Position numbers and translations under genes: made by a program
DNA from: Myxococcota bacterium
Lineage (GTDB): Bacteria > Myxococcota_A > UBA796 > SXON01
Assembly: GCA_040386535.1 (NCBI GenBank)
Contig: JAZKFH010000048.1
Span: forward strand, 1-23,233
Direction: 5' to 3'
Length of the DNA: 23,233 nucleotides
Notes under the pieces: model-generated
The model's database searches: none
Seen by the model: the letters and a program-made list of their open reading frames with translations, nothing else
Told to the model about the DNA's origin: nothing
In this document: positions 1-12,860 of the stretch, in pieces
How positions within the stretch are numbered: position 1 is the first letter of the stretch
Layout: the number at the start of each line of letters is the position of its first letter

Positions 1-711
1 AGCGCAGGAAGGGATCGGAGAAGCTGAGGAATGAGCCGAAGTGGCTAAACCTCAGTCCTCAGCCCTCGAGTACGAGTGCGTCGAGGTCCGAGGTCCTGCC
101 GCCTCCAACGCCGCTAAATCGGAGCCATGCCCCCGTGAACGCCTGAATCGAGGCTCGCTCCGCGCGCGCTCTACGGAGCAAGCGGCATTTTCCGCGCTCG
201 GACGAGCGCTTGCAGCCTGGATCCGTGCATTCAACCAGACATGACTCCGTGCCGCGTGCACTCATGGGGACATGACCCTGCGGTTGGGCTCCCGCGGCGC
301 CCTCCGCGAGGGGGGGAGCCGCCCGTAGGCTCCAGAGACCTCGGGAGCGACGGCCTGCTGGGACGCGCGGGCGCCTGAGGCACGGGCATAGCTACGGTTC
401 CATCTACGTTCTCGCCCGGCGCTCGACACGCTGGGGATCTGTACGTCGAAGGTGGAGACCGCAGGGGGAGGGCCAGGGGTGACCAACACCCGCCCCCCGC
501 GCGAGGCACCTGGAGGGCGGCCGCGCCGCGCGGCCGGTCCGCCCGCGCTCCGTCCGCGGAGCGCGGGCGACCAAGCCCGCAGGGCGCGCCCGCAAGGGGC
601 CGGCCACGGCGTCCGCGCCGGGGACGCGCCCGAGTGATCCCTCGTGGCGACGATCGACATCGCGTACGGAATCCACTTGCCCCTCGCCGAACGGTGCGCA
701 ATTTCCGCCGC

Positions 712-1509
712 ATGTCGTTGGGCTGGCACGTCGTTCACGCGCTCGAGGAACGCCGCGTGCTCGCGACGGCGGCGGCGGCCCTTCGCGTGGTGGCGCGCAC
801 CGTGCTCGAGGCCGGGGGCGAGGCGTTGTTGTGCTTCCGGGGGTCGGACAATCACCTCCACTCGGTGCTGCTCGCCGACCGCGTGCGCGCCGGAGCGTTC
901 GCGCGCACCGTCGCGAACACGTTGTGGCACCGGCTTCGCCTGCCGGTGCCCTTCGAACCCGCCCGCATCCGTCCGATCCGCGACCAGGCGCACCTCCGCA
1001 ACACGTTCGACTACGTGCTCGGCAACGCCGAACACCACGGCGCTCCGCACGACCCACTGTTCGAGGCGAGCAACCTGCCCGACCTGCTCGGTCTGCGCGA
1101 GTGCGGCGCGGTGACCCGGGCGACCGTGCGCGCCGCGTTGCCGCGAATCGCGCGGCCGGACCTGTTGAAACTACTGGGCGTGGACGAGCTGGCGGGGCGC
1201 TTCGCGCCGGAGCACCTCGTGGAGGCGACGTGCGCGGCGGTGCTGCTCGGATCGCTCGGGGGACGCCGGGCAGAGGTGGTCGCCGCCCGCACCGCGGCGG
1301 TGCACGTCGCCGCGCCTCACCTCGCCCCCGGGCAGGTCGACGCGCTCCTCGGCCTCTCGGACCGTTCGGGCGCCCGTATGCGCGCGTTGGCGCCCGGGCC
1401 GGTGAGCAACCCGATCGCGACGGCCATCCGCCTTCAGATGGATCTACGCGCCCGGAAGAACATCGTCGCAATGACGGCTCCGTTCGCCCTGCGAGCCGCC
1501 GTCCCGTGA
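712..1509 (+). CDS. RAYT-like (REP-associated tyrosine transposase, IS200/Y1 HUH superfamily) nuclease with putative C-terminal HTH
   Basis: ATG at 712 within ORF 634-1509. N-terminal 'GWHVV' strand, HUH motif 'SDNHLH' (His codons at 853 and 859), candidate catalytic Tyr in 'FDYVLGN' (1012). The C-terminal 'ARTAAVHVA..LAPGQVDALLGLSDRSGARM' resembles a DnaA domain IV-like HTH. Palindromic repeats lie directly downstream. Confidence 0.75.
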   Translation: MSLGWHVVHALEERRVLATAAAALRVVARTVLEAGGEALLCFRGSDNHLHSVLLADRVRAGAFARTVANTLWHRLRLPVPFEPARIRPIRDQAHLRNTFDYVLGNAEHHGAPHDPLFEASNLPDLLGLRECGAVTRATVRAALPRIARPDLLKLLGVDELAGRFAPEHLVEATCAAVLLGSLGGRRAEVVAARTAAVHVAAPHLAPGQVDALLGLSDRSGARMRALAPGPVSNPIATAIRLQMDLRARKNIVAMTAPFALRAAVP

Positions 1510-1542
1510 CGCTGGCGCCCGGCGGAGGAGCGTGTAGCCAAC

Positions 1543-1779
1543 GGATCCGCCACAACCGGGGGGACCTGCGCCAGGTACCCGGGGTTGTGGCGGTTCGCGG
1601 CCCTTGGATCCGCCACAACCGGGGGGACCTGCGCCAGGTACCCGGGGTTGTGGCGGTTCGCGGCCCTTGGGGCCGCCACAACCGGGGGGACCTGCGCCAG
1701 GTACCCGGGGTTGTGGCGGATCGCGGCACTTGGATCCGCCACAACCGGGGGGACCTGCGCCAGGTACCCGGGGTTGTGG
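1543..1779. repeat. Tandem array of 63-bp palindromic REP/REPIN-like units (3 complete, 1 truncated)
   Basis: Units start at 1543, 1606, 1669 and 1732. Each has CCGCCACAACCGGGGGGACCTG-CGC-CAGGTACCCGGGGTTGTGGCGG (22-bp arms, 19/22 paired) plus a near-constant 16-bp linker. The 4th unit is cut by the IS end. Confidence 0.95.
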
Positions 1780-3609
1780 GGACCGTTCGCCCAAGCAAGC
1801 TCACGCACGCCTGGTTTCTTGACACCCGGCGCGGGCAGACGTCCCCATCCCCGCCCACGCGGGCCTGAGGTCCTCCCTCGCGGTCGCTACGCCGCGAGTC
1901 CGCGTGCCGACTCCGCGTCGAGTAGAACCTCGTACCAACGCTTGTCGCGTTGGCCCCAGTCGACCCCGAGCACCTCGTAGGGACTACGGCCGCGATGGGA
2001 CGGCTGGGTCCGCGGAGTGAGGTTCCATCGGAGTGCTGTGAGCGCCAGCATCTCGTCGGACACCTTGCGGTGGACCATCTGCATCACGCGAAGGCGGTTG
2101 TTGAGGGACTCCACGCACGAGGAGGAACGCCGCGGGCGCGAACACTCCCGGTCGACCGCTTCGTCCACGGCGTCGAAGTTCAGGCAGGCGGATCGGAGTC
2201 GCTTCCGCAGCTCCCGGGCGAGGCGCTGACGGTCGAGGAAGTCCGCGTAGTTGCGCCATTGGGTGGGGTCCGCGAGGCCCTGCTCGATCCCTCGCAGTCG
2301 AACGACGCCCCGGATGACCGACGCGCGCTCCCAGTGCGTTCCCTCGTGGAGGATGACCGGGATGTGGTCGAACAGGCCGATGTGAGCCGTATAGCGCTTC
2401 CCGTGCGTGCGAATATGCTTTGCGATGCGTCGGGCGCCCGGATGAGCGTCGAGCCTGCGCAGAGTGTCGCGGAGCCTGGCGGCGATCCGATCGGGGGTCC
2501 ACAGCTGTTGGGTCTCCGGGTCGATCGGGTGGTGGAGCAAGCGGATCGATTCTTGCGCTTCGGCAATGGCAAAGAAGGCATCTTCCAAGCCGTTCACGGC
2601 TTGCATCCGGGCGGTGAAGCCGAGCGACCGATCGTCGTCCCACCCCTCGAACCCGCGGAGCGGCGACGCCTCCTTCCGCTGACGGGCCTCGGCCTTCGAC
2701 AGGTCGGAGAGGACATCGTCGAAGATGCGCATCTCGTGCCAGTAGTCGGCTTGGTGCTCGATCCCGCAGGCGCCCGCCGCCGCGCAGAGATCTCCACCAA
2801 GGTCCGAGACGAGCAGGCTCAGGTTCGGGAAGCGTCGCAGGCGCTCGGTCCACACCTGTGTGGTCGGGCCGGTGCTGCGTCGCACGTCGAGGATGGCGTT
2901 CGAAACGGGCTCGATGATGGGCTTCACGTCGACCCGATGGAAGTACACGTCGTCCGCGGCAACGCAGGGAAGCGTGTCGCGGACCGTGTCCACCGCCTCG
3001 TCCAACAGCGCGCCCGCCACCAAGCCGTGCCACCGCATCCGAGCCTGAAGCTCGTCGAGCGACGGTTGGTGGTCCGTGCCGTAGGCAGCCTCGAGGATCT
3101 CGCGGGTGCCCCGGAGCGACACGTTCCTCCCAAAGCAGGCCAGCTCCACACACCGACGCCGGCGGTCGTCGACGAACACCGAGTCAGCCAGCCTTCCGCG
3201 GAGCAGCACGTTCTCTTCCTCCAAGGCGGAGATCCTTGCTCGAAGCATCGTCTCCTGCCGGAGTGCGTGCGCCCGAACGACGTTCTCCCGTCGGGGTCCC
3301 CGCTTCTGGGGAGAGAGAGCCTTCTTGGCCCGTGCGAGCGCCGCGTACGCCGCCGGTCGGCTGCGCCCATGCCGGGCCGCGATGGACGCGAGGGTCTCGC
3401 CGGGACGGCGCTTCAGGAGGTCAGCGAGGAAGGAAAGCTCGGGCTGTTGCATCGCGAGGGACACGGGGCAAGCGGCAGGGTAGGCAACCATGGGGGTCCG
3501 CGCTCCCCGGCCGGGTGTTCAAGCGTCGGTCGTGGGAGCGCCCCCTTTTTAGCCCTTGACGCGTCAATAAATCCAGGGCCTCTGGAGGTGCTTGGGCGAA
3601 CGGTCCCCA
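1777..3609 (-). mobile_element. Insertion sequence (~1833 bp) with 21-bp perfect terminal inverted repeats
   Basis: TGGGGACCGTTCGCCCAAGCA at 1777-1797 and its exact reverse complement at 3589-3609 flank a single transposase ORF. No target-site duplication is visible. Exact ends are uncertain by 1-3 bp. Confidence 0.88.
1887..3491 (-). CDS. DDE transposase, family unassigned (Mutator/IS256-like motif layout)
   Basis: N-terminal HTH 'TLASIAARHGRSRPAAY' and a coiled coil. Acidic motifs 'VAADDVYF' and 'LLVSDLG', C/DxxH-like 'HQADYWH', and 'RSSSCVESLNNRLR' with the catalytic Glu. Enclosed by TIRs. Alternative start at 3452. Confidence 0.85.
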   Translation of the reverse strand: MVAYPAACPVSLAMQQPELSFLADLLKRRPGETLASIAARHGRSRPAAYAALARAKKALSPQKRGPRRENVVRAHALRQETMLRARISALEEENVLLRGRLADSVFVDDRRRRCVELACFGRNVSLRGTREILEAAYGTDHQPSLDELQARMRWHGLVAGALLDEAVDTVRDTLPCVAADDVYFHRVDVKPIIEPVSNAILDVRRSTGPTTQVWTERLRRFPNLSLLVSDLGGDLCAAAGACGIEHQADYWHEMRIFDDVLSDLSKAEARQRKEASPLRGFEGWDDDRSLGFTARMQAVNGLEDAFFAIAEAQESIRLLHHPIDPETQQLWTPDRIAARLRDTLRRLDAHPGARRIAKHIRTHGKRYTAHIGLFDHIPVILHEGTHWERASVIRGVVRLRGIEQGLADPTQWRNYADFLDRQRLARELRKRLRSACLNFDAVDEAVDRECSRPRRSSSCVESLNNRLRVMQMVHRKVSDEMLALTALRWNLTPRTQPSHRGRSPYEVLGVDWGQRDKRWYEVLLDAESARGLAA

Positions 3610-3614
3610 TCCAA

Positions 3615-3640
3615 GGGGGGACCTGCGCCAGGTACCCCCC
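3615..3640. repeat. Isolated REP core hairpin beyond the IS
   Basis: GGGGGGACCTGCGCCAGGTACCCCCC shares the core of the 63-bp units and forms an 11-bp stem with a bulged A. Confidence 0.9.
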
Positions 3641-3694
3641 GATCTGGCCGATCCCCTGTCGCAGACCGCTCGGCCAGCCTCCCGACGCCCCCCC

Positions 3695-4357
3695 CTACTT
3701 CGCCGAAGGAATCACCCCCTCCGGCACCCCCTCCACCTGCACCACCGCCGCCCCCTCCACGGGCACCGCCGCCGCCGCCGCCTCGGCCGCCGCCCGCTCT
3801 GCCGCCACGCGCTCGGTCGCCGCGGCCTCGGCGAGCGGCTTCAGCTTGTCCAGGCCACGCTGGAAGTCGGCGCCGAGCATGGCGTCCATGTCGACGAACA
3901 GGCCGAAGGCCTTGGCCATGAGGGCCTGCTCGCTCACGAAGCCCCAGGTCACGGTGGTCTGGTCACCGGCGGGGGCCATGGTGAAGGTCACGACGGCCTT
4001 GGACTCGAAGGGCTCGATGAAGTGCAGGTCGTGGACCACCTTCTGGTCCTGGACGGACTCGCGCAGGTCCATGCGGCCCTTGCCGACCTTGTCGTTGCCC
4101 TCCCAGGCGTACCAGGCGCCCACGCCCGCCTTGTTGTCGGAGAAGGTCTCCTTCTGGCTGGGATCCATGTCGCGCCAGGGGTTCCACTTCTGCCACTGCT
4201 CAAAATCGTTGGCGAAGGGGAACACGTCGGCGGGCGTGGCGGCCACGGTCACGCTGCGCTGCATCGTCATCTCGTCCGGCTGCATCGCCACGACGCCGAC
4301 AAACGCGACCAGGCCCACCACCACCACACCGAGCACGCCGAGGACGATGTTCTTCAC
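3695..4357 (-). CDS. SRPBCC (START-like/polyketide cyclase-dehydrase) family protein with N-terminal membrane anchor
   Basis: GTG at 4357 with a GGAGG RBS at 4366-4362, then an N-terminal TM helix. Motifs 'QRSVTVAATPADVF..ANDF..WQKWNPW', 'GVGAWYAWEGN..VGKG' and 'G.DFQRGL..LK'. Confidence 0.88.
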   Translation of the reverse strand: MKNIVLGVLGVVVVGLVAFVGVVAMQPDEMTMQRSVTVAATPADVFPFANDFEQWQKWNPWRDMDPSQKETFSDNKAGVGAWYAWEGNDKVGKGRMDLRESVQDQKVVHDLHFIEPFESKAVVTFTMAPAGDQTTVTWGFVSEQALMAKAFGLFVDMDAMLGADFQRGLDKLKPLAEAAATERVAAERAAAEAAAAAVPVEGAAVVQVEGVPEGVIPSAK

Positions 4358-4462
4358 GAGACCTCCAAGCCCGCGGTATCGCACACCCGTGAGGTGCCTG
4401 CAACCTCGTCATGTCACCCGCGGGGGTCCCGCCGGGCCCGGTTTGCCGATAGACTCCGCCCC

Positions 4463-4978
4463 ATGATCCGCTTCACCGTGAACGACCAGGACGTGGCCGT
4501 CGCAAGCCCCCCCATGGCCCGCCTCCTCGACGTGCTCCGAGAGGACGTGCGGCTCACCGGCACCAAGGAGGGCTGCGGCGAGGGCGAGTGCGGCGCCTGC
4601 ACCGTCCTCATCGACGGCGTGGCCGTGATGAGCTGCCTCGTGCCCGTCATCCAGGCGAGCGGCTGCCGCGTCACGACGGTCGAGGGGCTGGCGACGGACG
4701 GGCGGCTCCACCCCGTGCAGGAGGCGTTTCTGCGCTTCGGCGGCGCCCAGTGCGGCATCTGCACGCCGGGTTTCCTCGTCACCGCCAAGGCCCTGCTCGA
4801 CAAGAACCCGCACCCCACCCGCAGCGAAACGCGCGAGGCCCTCGCGGGCAACCTGTGTCGGTGCACCGGCTACCAGAAGATCATCGACGCGGTGACCGAG
4901 GCGCTCGCCGCCCCCGAGACCGCTCCCGCCGCCACCCCCGCCGCCATGCCCGAGACTGCCGGGGCCCCCAAATGTTGA
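4463..4978 (+). CDS. (2Fe-2S)-binding small subunit, CoxS/XdhC-like (xanthine dehydrogenase family)
   Basis: 'TGTKEGCGEGECGACTV', 'SC', 'QCGICTPG' and 'GNLCRCTGY' motifs. Confidence 0.95.
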   Translation: MIRFTVNDQDVAVASPPMARLLDVLREDVRLTGTKEGCGEGECGACTVLIDGVAVMSCLVPVIQASGCRVTTVEGLATDGRLHPVQEAFLRFGGAQCGICTPGFLVTAKALLDKNPHPTRSETREALAGNLCRCTGYQKIIDAVTEALAAPETAPAATPAAMPETAGAPKC

Positions 4979-5802
4979 CCTGCCCGGCGCCCGTCACCCG
5001 CGTCTCCACCTTGCAGGACGCGCTCGCGCACCGCGCCGCCCACCCCGACGCGACCGTGCTCGCCGGCGGCACCGACCTGATGGTGTTCCTCGAGCTCGGC
5101 TCGGTCGTCCCCACCACGATCCTCGATGTGTGGGGCTGCACCGAGCTCCGCGGCATCTCGGCGGACGGGCGCACCCTCGGCGCGCTCTCCACGTGGTCGG
5201 ACGTGGTCGCCCACCCCGCCCTGCCCGACGCCCTGCGGGACTGCGCGCGCACCGTCGGCGCGCCCCAGATCCAGAACCGCGGCACCCTCGGCGGCAACAT
5301 CGTCAACGCGTCGCCGGCGGGGGACTCGCTCCCGATGTGGCTCGTGATGGACGCGACGTTCGAGCTCGCCTCCGTACGCGGCGTGCGCCAGGTGCCGGCC
5401 AGCGCCTTCTGGCTCGGCTACCGCAAGACCGCCCTCGCGGCGGACGAGCTGCTCACGCGCATCCACCTGAAGCCGCACGCGGACGACCGCTTGCACTACC
5501 GCAAGGTCGGCACGCGGCTGGCCCAGGCCATCTCCAAGGTGGTGCTCGGCGGCCGGCTCCGCGTGGTCGACGGCATCGTGACCGAGGCCCGGGTGGCCCT
5601 CGGCTCGGTAGCGCCCACCCCGATCCGCGCGCCCCACGTCGAGGCCGCGCTGGTCGGGAAGCGGATCGATCCGTCCGCGGCCGCCGCCGTGGCCGACGAC
5701 ATCGCGCCCATCGACGACATCCGGTCCACCGGGGACTACCGCCGCACCGTGGCCGCCAACGTGATCCGCGCGTGGCTCGAGATCGAGGCGGCGCGGGCGT
5801 AG
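4972..5802 (+). CDS. FAD-binding medium subunit, CoxM/XdhB-like
   Basis: 'LAGGTDL', 'QIQNRGTLGGNIVNASPAGD' and 'PIDDIRSTGDYRR'. Overlaps the stop of the upstream gene, suggesting translational coupling. Confidence 0.93.
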   Translation: MLTCPAPVTRVSTLQDALAHRAAHPDATVLAGGTDLMVFLELGSVVPTTILDVWGCTELRGISADGRTLGALSTWSDVVAHPALPDALRDCARTVGAPQIQNRGTLGGNIVNASPAGDSLPMWLVMDATFELASVRGVRQVPASAFWLGYRKTALAADELLTRIHLKPHADDRLHYRKVGTRLAQAISKVVLGGRLRVVDGIVTEARVALGSVAPTPIRAPHVEAALVGKRIDPSAAAAVADDIAPIDDIRSTGDYRRTVAANVIRAWLEIEAARA

Positions 5803-6072
5803 CAACGTTCGGGGGTGTTGCTCCCGGCGGCAGGGTGGGCGCCCCGCTGAAGCGGGCAGGTCGGCTCCGGGCGCGCGGCTGGCGCCGCTTGGTCGGCCGG
5901 GAGGAGCCCCCTCGTGTCAGGTTTGCTAGGGCGCCCGGCCGGACCAGCCGCCCGAGGCGGCTGCCCTCCGCGCCCTTGGCGCGAAGACGCCATCGCGAGC
6001 GCGTCCCGTGATGTAACGAGGAGGACGAGATCGGGGACCTGACTGCTGATAGCCTCCGCGGTCGAGGTGCCC

Positions 6073-9663
<3,591 letters not shown>

Positions 9664-9700
9664 GCGCGGGTCCGGGCGCGGGAAGGGATAGGGGGCCGGC

Positions 9701-11119
<1,419 letters not shown>

Positions 11120-11173
11120 GCGGGCAGCCGGGCGTCGTGCGCGCCGAAGCGTCGGCGGCTATGACAGGGGGCC

Positions 11174-11467
11174 ATGAAGATCATCTGGCTCATCGTCCTC
11201 GTCGTGCTGATCGTCTTGACGCTCGCCCGGTTGCGCGCGCGGATCGTCGTCCAGATCGCCGACGGGCGCGCCCAGGTCGTCCGCGGCTCGCTCCCCGGTG
11301 GCCTCCTCGGTGACCTCCTGGCGGTGGCCGAGCTCTCCCCCGGCGCGGCCGGCCGCGTCGAGATCCGCGGCAAGGGCACCTCGCTCTCGATCCGCACGAC
11401 CGGGCTGGACGACGGCGTGGCCCAGCGGGCGCGGAACGTGGTGTACCTGCGGCGGCACGACGTCTGA
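11174..11467 (+). CDS. Small membrane-anchored protein (DUF3634-like)
   Basis: 97 aa with an N-terminal TM helix and GC3-biased codons. The 'G...VVRG.LP' and C-terminal 'QRARNV' pattern recalls DUF3634. Confidence 0.7.
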   Translation: MKIIWLIVLVVLIVLTLARLRARIVVQIADGRAQVVRGSLPGGLLGDLLAVAELSPGAAGRVEIRGKGTSLSIRTTGLDDGVAQRARNVVYLRRHDV

Positions 11468-11478
11468 GGGCCCCGGGC

Positions 11479-12763
11479 CTACCCCCCCCCACTCCGCCGC
11501 CTTCCCCTCCCGCCCCAGCTCCGCGTCGATCCGCACCTCCACCGCGCGCCCAAGGATCGCCTCGAAGCCCGCCCGGAGCGCCGCCGTGTCGAGCGGCACG
11601 CCCTCCACCGGCCGCATGCGAAGCACCGCGCCGTCGAAGGCGAACGCCGAGAAGGTGTGCGGGTGCAGGGCGCGGGACAGGTCGATCGGGGTGATGACGG
11701 CGCCGTCGCGGGCGCGCCAGGACACGGGCAGGCGCGCCTGGAGATCGAACAGGTGCTCACCGTGCTTTCGCGCGTGGTCCCCGGTGGCGTAGCGCAGGAG
11801 CGGCAGGTAGGGGTTGCGCCCGCCGCTCACGACGATTTCGCCGCGTTCGCCGTCGGGGAGCGGGCGGCCGTCGGGGCCGACGATCTCGACGTACAGGTCG
11901 GGGCAGAGGAGCCGCAGCCCGCCCGCCGAGCCACCCGTCGCCGCGATGGGGCCGATCTCGGTAGTCGAGTACACGTCGAGCACGGGGCAGCCGTACCGCT
12001 CGGAGAGGGTGCGCGCGAGCGCAGCGCCGAGGGTGGCGGCGCCGGAGAGGAGCGCGCGGGGGCGCAGGGGGATGTCCCAGGCGAGCAGCTCGGCGAAGGA
12101 CACGGGATCGCCGGTGACGAGCTGGGGATCGATGTCGGCCAGAAACCGACGCGCGCGCTCGGGGGCCCACTCGGCGGGCTGGAGGTTCACCTTCACCAGG
12201 CCGGCGTTGCCCCAGTACGACAGGATCGCGGGGAAGGTCCACGTGCGGACCTGCGCGCACACATGCGCCACCAGGACCGTGGGCCCGGGCGTGAGGTGCA
12301 CGCCGTTCCGCGCCAGGGCCTCCTCCATCAGCAGGTGGTTCATGGCGGTGGCGGTGGCGTGCGACGGGATCGAGAGCGGGCGCCCGGTCGTGCCCGAGGT
12401 CTCGTAGTGGAAGAGCCGAGCGAGGTCCGCGTCGAGGGGGACGAGATCCACCAGATCGAACGCGATGTTCTCGCGGCGCTGGAGCGGGATGTCCGCCCAC
12501 GCCACGCCCTCGGGGGCGCGGGTGCGCACCCAGGGCACGGTGTCGCGCCAGCGCGCCAACGGCAGGCCCGCGGGGTCATCGAGGACGGGGCCGAGCGTGC
12601 GGCGGAAAGCCTCGAGCGCCGGGAGGTCCTCCGGGTGGAGGCGGTCGCCGAGGGCGTGGCTCCAGGGCGGCGCGTCCTCGTGCTCGCGGAGCCGGCGCAT
12701 CAACGCGGCGCCCGCGGGGTCGGCGAGCGGGGTCAGCCGGGCCACGGCCTCGGGAACGTCCAT
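11479..12763 (-). CDS. Phenylacetate-CoA ligase/CapK-like adenylate-forming enzyme (3' end affected by a G9 tract)
   Basis: ATG at 12763 with an upstream GGAGG/GAGG. ANL motifs 'YETSGTTGRP', 'DVYSTTEIGPIA' and 'LLRYATGD'. The probable natural TAG at 11481-11479 is one base out of frame, so as sequenced the ORF reads through to 11159. Confidence 0.82.
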
Positions 12764-12860
12764 CCTCGCCCTCCCGCGCCACCCTACCATCCGGCTCCAC
12801 CGCCCGGAAGTCGGGGGTCGAGGGGCCCGCCGGGATACGGGGCCCCGTGCTGGAGCAACC

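Noticed and set aside
1..265. Short ORFs 41-244, 52-261 and 59-265
   Set aside because: No recognisable motifs and weak codon bias. Context is missing at the window edge, so none can be supported.
449..470. tRNA/tmRNA 3'-end-like CTCCACC on the minus strand (possible att site)
   Set aside because: No T-arm GTTCGA at the right spacing, no CCA end and no integrase.
1543..1779. CRISPR array
   Set aside because: The inter-repeat segments are only 16 bp and nearly identical rather than unique spacers, the repeat is 47 bp, and there are no cas genes in the window.
1434..1980. ORFs with 21-aa repeats (1434-1808, 1444-1794, 1585-1980, 404-1858)
   Set aside because: They are by-products of the 63-bp repeat being a multiple of three, open in several frames on both strands.
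4463..5802. Aerobic CO dehydrogenase
   Set aside because: Substrate specificity is set by the large subunit, which is not in the window.
5803..6066. Riboswitch or ncRNA in the 260-bp intergenic region (hairpins at 5843-5856 and 5945-5963)
   Set aside because: Short GC stems are expected by chance. There is no U-tract and no recognisable Moco or c-di-GMP aptamer consensus.
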